Positions 53,380 to 64,000 of a stretch of 64,000 bases of DNA are shown one piece after another. Below the pieces are notes generated by a model. That model saw only the letters and a program-made list of their open reading frames with translations, did no database searches and had not been told where the DNA came from. The position numbers were made by a program, and so were the translations under genes. The stretch is taken from assembly GCA_030390025.1 (NCBI GenBank), contig CM059434.1:107260001-107324000 (forward strand), in the 5' to 3' direction. Origin of the DNA: Squalus acanthias. Taxonomy: Eukaryota. Every line of letters begins with the position of its first letter. The stretch's first letter is position 1.

Positions 53380-54165
53380 TATTATTTTGGTGAGTCTTCC
53401 TTTCCACCTCTCTCATAGCCTTAACGTACAGTTGCTAGCCCTCCTAAATAGAAAGGTGATTACTGTTTTGCTCCAACTCTAATTTTGATGATCTTGTTAT
53501 AGATTACCCTTAAGTTGTCCACACCATTGTGACCATAATTTATCCTTGTCCGGTCTGTTGGGGCCTCTGCTCTCTAAGCTCCAGTAAGATTTATGATCCT
53601 GGTGCCATGCATTCCATCACCTTCAAGATTTGTGCATCCAAACATATCAGCATACTATGCCTTCTCTTTAATCTCTTTCATTGCCAGTCCACATTTCTTT
53701 CTCCTTGGAAATGTTGTTCTGTTTATCTTGTTCCGAAGAGAGATGATCCCTTTTAACTACTGCTCTATTGCCCTTACATCAGTATTTTCTAAAGTTACAG
53801 AAGCTACTGTTCACTCTCGAATTAGTTCGACCTTGAACATTATGACCGAATCCTTGATCTCTAGAGTGCTCTTTGGCTTGGCCATGGCACTAATGATTTT
53901 ATAGCCTATGATTTTCTCAGCTGTGGAACTCTGTTCTTGAACATTTTGGTCCAAAGTTATTGCTTTGGGCATCTCCAAAGCCTTTGACAAAGTCTGGCCC
54001 ATGCACCATGAAACAATTTAGCATCATATGCATTCCTAACAAAGCTATGTTCAAGGCTATCTAGTTTCTTTACTTACTTTATCTGCATTGTAATTGATGG
54101 CTCTTCCTCTATCTCTTTTTCCTTTCAGTCAGGGGTTTTCCAGAGCTCTGATCTCCCTCCAGTTA
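53380..54165 (+). mobile_element. Ancient non-LTR retrotransposon RT relic
   Basis: Degenerate RT motifs in order: VYLVPKRDDP, FNYCSIALTSVFSKVTE, GISKAFDKVW (~53970) and SGVFQSS (~54128). Confidence 0.7.
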
Positions 54166-55265
54166 GAGCAGATTGTGTTAAATTGTGCATTGAGGTGATC
54201 AAAGACGTTTCTTCATTGTTATGTCAGTTTCTACAGTGTCTGTAACCATTGGGATGTTCTCCAGGAGTGCAAGAAGAACAAAGAGAATGTGTCCTTGGTC
54301 CTTAAAATAACCTAAATTAAAATTAGTAAGAATAATCATCATGGATAACAATTCAAGCGACTAAATAAGTTTCCAATGTTATCCAGAAAAATGTCATCAT
54401 TTGGAAGTATCTGAACACAGCCACAAATCATGGTTTTCTTTTGAGATGATGGACACAGATGTAACTGGTATGCTTTGTGGAGATCTTGCCATTCTAGGTT
54501 TGTTTTGTATGGGTTTTCTCTCCAGTTAAACTGATGGAGGAATACATGAGGTAGAAGTAATCTGTACATGATCCTCAAGAGAGCTGAATCCCTCCAATTT
54601 ACATGTACACATGTGCACACATAGTCAGGATCCAAACAATTAAGCATTATCTTGCAGTAGTTTCTTATACAATACTGGATAAATATTCCTCAAGAATAAT
54701 ACAGTTCTTCATTTTAACATTTAGGAAGTCTTAAATTTAATCTCCAAATAATTCCATCCTCGAACAAACTGCAAAAACAGCCATTAGGTTTAAATAATTT
54801 CAATCTCTGCAATCATAATACAACACCTTGTTCTTGCATTCACATAATTTTCAGTTGGGTGCTAGTTGTGTATTGTTATAATTGAGTTGTTTCATAATGC
54901 ACACATCCTGTCAGCAAGCAAAAACAATCTTATCTGCAAGGAAGACATAGGACATTGGCTGAATCATCCCGCCAACTCATGCATCTGCTTATACTCATCT
55001 ATTTTAGATAACACGCTGCAGATGTTGAAGTGTTCAAAAGCTTGTTTATGTGCAATATATAAAAGTTGTATTGATATGACTGGTATGTCCTTCCATCCAT
55101 GGTATTATTTACTTTTAACAGTGCATCTAGTTTTAGTCTTAATATTGGAGAATTAAAAAAATGAAACTAAGTTAAAAGAGCAGCTTATGACCTCACTTAA
55201 AAATTCAGATCAGTCATTCAATTGGAAAATGTCATTCCCTTCCAAATTGGATATATGCTTTTTTA

Positions 55266-55578
55266 GGGCAACACGGTGGCATAGTGGTTAGCACTGTTGC
55301 CTCACAGCGCAAGGGACCTGGGTTCGAATCCGGCCTCGGGTGACTGTCTGTGTGGAGTTTGCACATTCTCCCCGTGTCTGCGTGGGTTTCCTCCAGGTGC
55401 TTCGGTTTCCTCCCACAGTCCAAAGATGTGCGGGTTAGGTTGATTTGGCTATGATAAAATTGACCCTTAGTGTTAGGGGGATTAAATACGTGGGGTTACG
55501 GGGATAGGGTGGGATATGTGTCGGTGCAGGCTCGATGGGCCGAAATGGCCTCTATCTGCACTGTGGGGATTCTGTGAT
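55266..55578 (+). mobile_element. HE1-like V-SINE
   Basis: tRNA-like head (TGGCATAGTGG...GGTTCGAATCC), V-domain GTGTGGAGTTTGCACATTCTCCCCGTGTCTGCGTGGGTTTCCTCC, and a CR1-like tail. Confidence 0.88.
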
Positions 55579-55585
55579 AATGCCT

Positions 55586-55848
55586 AGAAAAAAGAAAGCA
55601 CTTGCATTTATATAGCGCCTTTCATGATCTCAGGACGTCCCAACGCGCTTTACAGCCAATGAAGTGCTTTTGAAGTGTAGTCAATTGTTGTAATGTTGGG
55701 AAACAGGCAGCCAATTTGTGCACAGTGAGATCCCATAAACAGCAATGAGCTAATGACCAGATAATCTGTTTTAGTGATGCTGGTTGAGGGATAAATATTG
55801 GCCAGGACATTGGGGAGAATTCCCCTCCTCATCTTTGAATAGTGTCAT
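55586..55848 (-). mobile_element. DeuSINE 3' half
   Basis: Reverse complement of the DeuSINE body and tail. Confidence 0.8.
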
Positions 55849-55959
55849 GAGAATAGTGTCCTAGGCCCAACCATCTTCAGCTGCTTCATCAATGACCTTC
55901 CCTCCAACATAAAGTCAAAAATGGGGATGTTCAGTGCCATTCGCAACTCCTCAGATAAT

Positions 55960-56718
55960 GGGCCGGATTTTCCGATCAGAGGCTTCCTGCATGCGGATGC
56001 CTCCGATCGAGAAAAATCTACGCACTTACCTGCTGGCTCCGGAGGTCCCGACACTTCCATTCCTGGGCCTCTCCGGGTCCGCGCGCGCAGAGGCCCAGGT
56101 ATCCCGGGGTGCATGCGGTTCGCAAGCGTCCCTGGGATCACGTGGGCCATGGGGAACCAATCAAAGAAGGGAATCCCCCTTCACACTTTTGACAGGTCTC
56201 TCCGCACAGATCTGTCAAAAGTATGAATGGGGATCACATTTAAAAACACAGTAAAACATTAAATACATTTTTTTTTAAAATCATGTATTTAAAATTAGTT
56301 CAAATTACATTAAATTAAATATTTTAAACATAAATTTAATTTAAAAAAAAATAATTAAAGTTTTTTACGGATCTAAAAATAAACTTACCTTTTTAAATTA
56401 TAAATGAGTGGGAAAAAAATGTATTTTTTCATTTTTTAAAAACTCTGATGCAGGTAAAAGCAGGCCTTACACATGCTTTTACCAGGCGTAAGATTTTTAA
56501 AGGTTTTCAGCGGGCGGAGGTTGTGCAGAAAGCGGAACTCTCTGCCCGAGGAGGCCCATCTCCCGGGCAGGCATCCGATCTGTCAAGAGAATTCTTGACA
56601 GATCGGAAGTGCCAGGTTTTAGTGCATGCGCTTCGCATGCCTGAAACCGGCACTTGCGAGGCCCCTACGGGTGGATACACACCTCCTACGCACCCGTGGG
56701 GGTCGGAATATCCAGCCC
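55960..56718. mobile_element. PIF/Harbinger-like MITE, 759 bp, inserted in a LINE RT fragment (55850-56790)
   Basis: TIR GGGCCGGATTTTCCGA / TCGGAATATCCAGCCC. The AAT TSD is confirmed by the empty site CCTCAGATAATGAAGCAG at 42481-42498. Related to 2927-3688. Confidence 0.9.
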
Positions 56719-57057
56719 AATGAAGCAGTCCATGCCCGCATGCAACAAGACCTAGATGACGTTCAGGCTTGGGCTGATAAGTGGCAGTCTTATCAACAGC
56801 CAGTGTCATCAATCATAAGACTTTCTTTTAACCAAGGCCCAAGGTTACTTGACACAGAAATAAGTTCTCCTTTGTTTAGTCAACACCACCTGCTTCTATA
56901 TACAGTGAGCTGTCTTTCTGACTGAATGTAGAAATCATGTTGGAAATTAACTCTTGTTGGGCTCACGACAGTTTTCCTACATAATACTGTCATTATAAAA
57001 ATGCAAGTTGTCTGACTCGCTGAGAGCAATGCTACAGGAAACCTGCTGGTATGGGTA

Positions 57058-57503
57058 ATCATAGAATCATATAAACTTACAGCACAGAAGGAGGCCATTT
57101 GGTCCGTCGTGCCTGTGCTGGCTCTTTGAAAGAGCAGCTGTGCTTAGTCCCACATCCCTGCTTTTTGTCCATATCCCTGTAAGTTCCTCATCCTCAAGTA
57201 TCTGTCCAACTCCCTTTTAAAATTATTCATGGAATCAGCTTCCACCACCTTTTCAGGTCGAGCGCTCCAGGTCCCGACAACTCTCCGAGTGAAAAAAAAT
57301 TCTCCTCATCTCCCGTCTAGATCGTTTGGCAATGATTTTAAATCTATGACCTCTGGTTATTGACTCACTCACCAGAGCGAATATTTTTTCCCTCTCTACT
57401 CTATCAAAACCTCTCATCATCTTGAAAACCTCTATTCGGTCACCTCTAACCTTCTCTGTTCCAAGGAGAACAGTCCAAACTTTTCCAACCTCTCCTCATA
57501 ACT
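57058..57503 (-). mobile_element. CR1 LINE 3' end
   Basis: ATCATAGAATCAT tail with antisense TRGHRFKII and CR1 C-terminal motifs. Confidence 0.85.
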
Positions 57504-58075
57504 GGGCAATATTGAGATAAGCAGAATAAACAAACATGCACAGAAGCTTTGGTGTCCAGATTCACATTTTTCATATGCCTATAATTTTTGAAGTAGAGGT
57601 ATTTCTGGCAAGTTTCAAATCATAATCTCCATGTAGCATTCTTCAAACAGAGATATCCAGTTTATGGACATTCCTCGAAGGTGCAAATTGAAAATAGGTC
57701 CTGATAGTTGTCATGTGTTTGTATTTTTAAAAATATAATTTAATCAAGTCAATATATGTCTTCTCTCTAAGATGTAGGCAGCTCCAATCTAATTAGAATT
57801 TCTGTGTGGGAATTGGATTTTGGTTTGAGATATTAATTGAGCTATCTAATGTCGGCAGCTGTGTTTGTTAAGTGACATAGCTGTGGTGATATTTCTGTTC
57901 CTGCAAACACAAAGGTGTATAATTGATGATGCATATTAAAAATGACTAACTGTTATGTTGGTAACTTTTGAGGGTGTAAGATTTTCACTAAGATCAGTTA
58001 TGTCTGTTTCTAGCAGTAGCAACTGTGCAAATGTATACATTATATGCATTTCAATATGTGTTGCTTTGCCCTTGG

Positions 58076-58537
58076 TGTCAGCCATAGCTCAGTGGGTAGC
58101 ACTCTCGCCTCTGAGTCAGAAGGTTGTGGGTTCAAGTCCCGCTCCAGAGACTTGAGCACAGAAATCTAGGCTGACATTCCAGTGCAGTGCTGAGGGAGTG
58201 CTGCACTGTTGGAGGTGCCATCTTTCGGATGAAACGTTAAACCGAGGCCCCATCTGCTCTCTTAGGTGGAAGTAAAAGATCCCATGACGCTATTTCGAAG
58301 AAGAGCAGGGGAGTTGTTCCCCATGTCCTGGCCAGTATTTATCCCTCAATCCACATCACTTAAAACAGATTATCTGGTCATTATCATGTTGCTGTTTGTG
58401 GGAGTTTGCTGTGTGCTAAATTGGCTGCCGCATTTCCTACATTACAACAGTGACTACACTTCAAAAGTACTTCATTGGCTGTAAAGGGACATCCTGAGGT
58501 CATGAGAGGCTCTATCTAAATGCAAGACTTTCTTTCA
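58076..58537 (+). mobile_element. Near full-length DeuSINE (SacSINE1-like)
   Basis: tRNA-derived head (TAGCTCAGTGG...GGTTCAAGTCC), Deu domain and L2-like tail. Confidence 0.85.
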
Positions 58538-60209
58538 AAGGGTGTTCCAGTATCCATTGTTAGTGACTCCTTGGAATTAATAGTCATATTTCAGCCCATC
58601 ACACAAAATCATTCTTAATTCTGTTTATCAATGTTGAGAGTGTCGGAAAGTGTAAAATCAAAGGAATACATTGAAGAGTGAAAGCTGATCTTTCGTCAGA
58701 ACTTCACCTCTGAACCCTGACTTAGAGGGAAGTGATCATTAAGGAGGCAATGGTCAAGAGAGCTTGAGAAAAAAGGAGTTCTTGGCTGCAGTATTTTATC
58801 CTGTAACTTGGTGGAGCAAAACAGAAATGTTTGTTCTCGTTTCTTATTCGGATTCAAAAAGGTAATTAACTTCTGCGGACATTGCAAAGGATTTTTATGA
58901 TATTGTGCTGTGCTAGAAATGCCTAATCCTAATAAAACTGGAAACACACAGGTCAACCAACATCTGTGGCGAGCACGGACAATTGGCATGATGGGTGTGT
59001 ACCACCTTCTGTTTTGAAGAAGGTACCCAACCAAACCATGGACCGTCTGTCCTCTCCACAGAAGCTGGTTGACTGCTATGTCTTTCTAGCATTTTCTGCT
59101 TTTGTTTACGCTCTCAGGTATATATGGTATTTTGCTTTTTACTAATCTGAACTCTGGTACTTTCTCAGGTGCTTTATTTTGTAAATAAATGCTTTTAGTT
59201 AATTTTGCCTGTAAATATTCTGAAATGCTGAATTAATTGAAAATGTCGTGCAATTATAATTAGCGCTCACTCCAGATACCTTTTGTTCTCAAAAAGTTTG
59301 CTTACATAGACAAGTCTTTATTCCCTATGATCAAAAATAGTAATCTGGAATATCGTGTTCTGAGCAAACAATGAACACTTTTATTTTTACTCGATAGCAC
59401 ACAAGAATTCCATTATATTTCATGATACTTCTGAAGACAGATAATCTGAGCCTCATTAGATACTTTTTGGAACAATGGGTTTATTTACAATAGCAAGCCA
59501 TAACTGCAAGATATTGAAAGCTGTCCAAAAACAGAAGTCTAGAATCAGTTCACAAAAGGTTAAAGAGACGAACCAACCAAATGCAATCCTTCGTAAACTT
59601 CCTTGCAGACCTTAATACTTGTCAGGAAAAGATAGCAGATTTGTTTCTTAGCAAACAAATTGAATACAGTCTTTGCGGGAATTATATAGGTGTATGCCAG
59701 AAAATCCACTTTTTGAATCCATGCATCATAGCCTGACAGATCTAAACTGCTGATGCAGGAAATGTTACCAGAGTTTTATACTCGTAAGTCTTTGAAAAAC
59801 AGGCCCTGTTCGGAAGATCACTTATGAAACAGAGGTAGTCTTCTTGAACAATGTCAACAATCTTTCCAACCAATTAATCACAAAATGTTCGCCATGCCAG
59901 TCTGTGGTTTATGATGTACACTGTCTGCATTTGGGCCATTCCGCCTATCCCATTGGCATCTTGTTTAAAGCACAATTAATTCAATTGACCATCTTTGGAT
60001 CAGGACTTAATTGGATTATAATGATTTTGTGTTAGTGCTTGGAGTGCTCTAGCCAACATGCTTGATTGCTGATGAATGCGTAATCTCCATCTTGAGTGTA
60101 GCATTGTAGAAACCTATTTTAAACTGAGAAACACAGTAAAGGAAAATTAGTAAACCCTTGACAAAATATTATTTTTCTTTTGCATACAAGTCCATGTGAA
60201 GTCAAGTGG

Positions 60210-60410
60210 TGGGAACTGGGTGGTGCAATGGGTTAGAAACTGACCTTTCACCTCTGGGACTAGAGTTCAAATGACAGGATGAAAGTCTCTTCTGCCTGTT
60301 GACTCTCGGGGTCCTATGTGAACTAGGTTTAGGCACTGTTAATTCCTAGGGGGTACGGGCCAACAACACAAACACTACCCTAATTCAACATAATTGGTAA
60401 TATACCTGAC
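60210..60410 (+). mobile_element. LF-SINE-like remnant
   Basis: GGGAACTGGGTGG...CCTTTCACCTCT...GTTCAAAT...CCTATGTGAA...TTCCTAG blocks in LF-SINE order (consensus recalled from memory). Weaker candidates lie at ~7250-7520 and ~26545-26700. Confidence 0.55.
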
Positions 60411-63400
60411 CTAGAAGTGCTTGATACGGACATTAGGAACCTGAAATGGAAAGTGTTGCATTCCCCAGGCATAAAAACTAGAAAAAAGGTCCAGTGCACT
60501 GATTACTACGATTTAGTCATCATTAGCCCAGGTCTCACGCCAACTGCTGGAACAAACTTTGTAAAAGTACAACTTCTGGTTCATGAGGGCAAGGTCCACT
60601 CACAGGAATGCTACGAAAGCATTAAAAGAAAGAATGGTGCTTTAAAACTCACCGCAACGTCATCCTGAGAAGGAATACTCTATTTCCCCGAGGTGGTGGT
60701 TTAGATCTGGCACTCAAGTCTGTGACCATCTGATTGTTCAACAACCACTTTTGGTGTCTGGTATTTGTTACTCCTGAGCTGAGCTGTAACTGTGGGGATG
60801 GGGCTGAATGTGTAGCTGCAAGTTGCCCAGTGGATTACAGTCTTACCCCTAGTTAGCTTTGTGCAGACAACCTGCGGACAAATTTTACCCAGAAACAAGG
60901 ATATATTTTAGAAATCAGATTGATTTGATTATAGTCTGTTCCTATAAACTTAAATTATTAAATGACTAACTAAATGTTCCTGCAAGTTCTGATCCAAGCA
61001 TTGCATTTTCTAGTAAACTCGCCTTGCATTTAAACTGTATTCTCTAATTTTTTTTTGTGTAGTTATTGCATCTTATCACAAAATCTTAACCGTGTATTTA
61101 TTCCTAAAAGAAAACAAAAAAGGCTGGGTTTGGAATAAGTTGTTTATTGTCAGTCATGTGATATCGCATTTGTGTATTACCTGCAAAAAGCAAACTCCTC
61201 AGTTGCTCAGGGTGTATTGTGTAGTGCCAGCAACAGCTACTGCTTGCATACAAACCGTATGGTCTGTAGACCGGTGAGCCATTAGAACCACAGATGGACT
61301 TAAATATGTAAAATGAACAGTAGTTTGTCAATACTCTTGTATTTTTGATAAAAAAAACATCAGATTTCATGGTCCCATAGTGCTGTGAGTTGAGCTCTCA
61401 GCCGAGACACTGCAATTTTAACACCAATAAGAAAAACAACTTTAATAATATAAATTTGAATCTTTGAAGAGGGAATCTGTTTCATATTTTATGTTTGGGA
61501 CCTTTTCTTACCAGGGTTTGCAGACTGTGGGTGGAATTTTAATGTAGTGCTCCACAGGGGAGCATGGAATGGGATATCTCAGTGTCTAGAAACTCCTTCA
61601 ACCACAACCCCTCTCATTTATAGAGCAAAGATTGATATCAGTGAACAGCTAACACAACATGAGAACGGTTTAGCTATATTAATAGTTGCCAACAGTTTGT
61701 GATTATATGCTATGTTTCGAATGCTTCTCTGTTATCTTAGGGCATTTGAACCTTCCAGCTGAGCTAATAATATTGTCCAATCAAAGTGAGAAGCTTTCAG
61801 ATGGTAAAATAGATACAAAGTGGCACAATCAACGTGGGGGGGGGGGGAGAAATTCAAACCATTACAGTGAATTACTGCATCATAGGTCACTGGCATCCTT
61901 CCCTGCAACATCCATGAGTCATTTGGGACCAATTGGTGCCTCCCACAGGTGACTCATTAGACCTCAGGGTCTGCCATTTCATTTGCTGCAGTGGTGTTTG
62001 ATGGAGAAAGCTACGAAACATAGCATTTTAAGTGTCCCTTTGATGAGGTGCCAGAGGTAGAGGGCTGCCGTGGTTATATTGCAGACTGAGGAAAAAGCTG
62101 GTTTCTTGAAGAGAGCTGTGCTCTTCTGTGATTTCATTTTGAAAGCACAGCAACCTGAATGAATTATGGAACCACCAAGGTCAGATTAGATCATATGGTT
62201 GAAATGAAATCACTGTCTGAGTGAAAATAAAAATGTGTTCTTTTTAATGTTAGTGTTACACTGTGGCTTCCAGGAAATGCATGGGTTATGCGCCATGGAG
62301 TTTTTATTTTTGAATCCATAATGATTTAAGGAATTTAATTCTGTACATGTATTTTTTCACCAATTAGTTAAGCTAGCAATAATTGTAATCCAAAAATAGG
62401 TCTTTAAAAATAGCTGAATTATTAGAAATTAAAAATGTTTTCTTAAATTCAAAAACTCCAAAGGGAAAAGTATACAATTGCTGTTACTGTTGACATTGGG
62501 ACTGCCTTTATTTTGAGTGATAGACTGTTCAGTGGGGTGTCACAGTCTATAACACTAGAATCTGAACATATTAGTGTTAATTTTCTCCGAGGTCCTGTAT
62601 ACATCTGTATACAGTGCTAATGTATCCTGGCCAATCCTTCCTCATATTCAGTGTAAACTCAATTTTATTTAAAGGAGCAACAAACAGTCCAAATACCTGT
62701 CTGGACCCTTGATCTCACTCTCCACCCCCACCCCTATGGGAATGTGTCTCTTAGTAGTCCTTTTTCAAAAGTGTTTTGGTGGCGTTATGCTTTCACAGTG
62801 CCACCTCCTAGGTACTTTTAGTAGAGTTGTTTGTGCAATAACAATTTAAGAACAAAATGTTATTTATCTTTCTTGAACCACAAACATGTTCGCTATAATT
62901 TCCCTGCCACCTGCCATGGCAGAGTACTAAATTCCATTGTTGCTGTATAACAAGTGGACTATATAATGTAGGTAACCACATATGGTATGTATGAACATCC
63001 AACTTTGATTACATTGGTACTTCTCAAATATGAATTCAGGAATGGAGAGCTCTTTATAAACCCAATGTTTTAAGAAGCCTCCAGGTTACTTTGAAATATT
63101 GTAATAAACTTGAGACTTTATACCCCAGAGGCGAGAGAGGGAAAGAGAAGCTTAACTGAACTATTGAACTTGATGGGGAACTTGTAGTGTCTTGCAATGT
63201 TGTGATGCTGAGCTGCAAAGCCTTCCAAATAAGTCACAATGCAAATTCTGTGTACGTCTAATTCAAGTGCACTGCTGAGCTCCTCAGAGAGAATGTATTC
63301 TGAACTTACCTAGTGCACCATCAGTTTAAAGTCTATTCCACCTAGCAACTCAGTGAGACTGCTGATATAAAATGTGGACATAACTGCGAGAAAGCGAACT

Positions 63401-63419
63401 GTAAAAAACGCCTTAGAAA

Positions 63420-63865
63420 GACTGAACTTGCACTTATATACAACATAGTGCTTTATTACATCCTCAGGACATTCCAATGTGTTTTACAATCAGTGGATTA
63501 CTTTTGAAATGCAGTCACTGTTGTTCTATAGGCACTTGTGGCAGCCAGTTTGCACACAGCATGATCCTACAAACAGCGACTGAATGACCAGCTAATCTAT
63601 TTTTGGTGGTGTGGGTTGAGGAAGGAAAGCTCTTTTTTTTAAATTCAATCTTGGGATGTGGGCGTCGCTGGCAAGGCCAGCATTTATTGCCCATCCCTAA
63701 TTGCCCTTGAGAAGGTAGTGGTGAGCCACCTTCTTGAACCGCTGCAGTCCTTGTGGTGAAGGTACTCCCACAGTGCTGTTCGGTAAGGAATTCCAAGATT
63801 TTGACCCAGCGACGATGATAGAACGGCGATATATGTCCAAGTCGGTATGGTGTGTGACTTGGATG
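63420..63865 (-). mobile_element. DeuSINE (63420-63628) interrupted by a CR1/L2-group LINE 3' end (63632-63865)
   Basis: Both parts are reverse complements of families seen elsewhere in the window. Confidence 0.75.
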
Positions 63866-64000
63866 GTCTTTGAATACTGCTACAGGATCATTTAGCTGGC
63901 CGTACCTTCAGCACTGCAGCAGTCCCCTCAGTACAGTACTACATTGAAGTGTCAGTTCAGATTGAGTTTAAGTCTGTAGTGGAGTTTCTGACTCAGATGA

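Noticed and set aside
52588-53416. Overlapping 80-180 aa ORFs in GC-rich DNA (similar cases at 2821-3801 and 55845-56925)
   Set aside because: They lie within GC-rich MITEs, where stop codons are rare; no transposase or other recognisable motif.
58076-58150. tRNA gene (also 55266-55335)
   Set aside because: The A/B-box heads run straight into SINE bodies and tails, with no complete cloverleaf or terminator.

Overview
Vertebrate genomic DNA, very probably from a shark or ray, judged by HE1/V-SINE, DeuSINE and CR1 repeats typical of elasmobranchs. The whole window lies inside one + strand gene for a voltage-gated calcium channel alpha2/delta subunit (CACNA2D1-like). I mapped ten canonical AG/GT exons between 1558 and 37736, equivalent to human exons 16-25 and including the muscle-type cassette exon 18a (region A). 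I also found the alternative NPKSQ acceptor (region B) and a candidate 12-nt GC-donor microexon at the position of region C. No further exon was recognised in the last ~26 kb. The introns are full of CR1/L2-type LINE fragments, SINEs and short TIR elements (PIF/Harbinger-like with 3-bp TSDs, plus one Tigger-like with a TA TSD). The most unusual feature is a set of short palindromic Penelope-like units that carry minimal hammerhead-ribozyme cores and are flanked by 12-14 bp target-site duplications. Nearly all ORFs in the supplied track are transposon fragments or noise. All family assignments come from manual reading and recalled consensus sequences, not from database searches.
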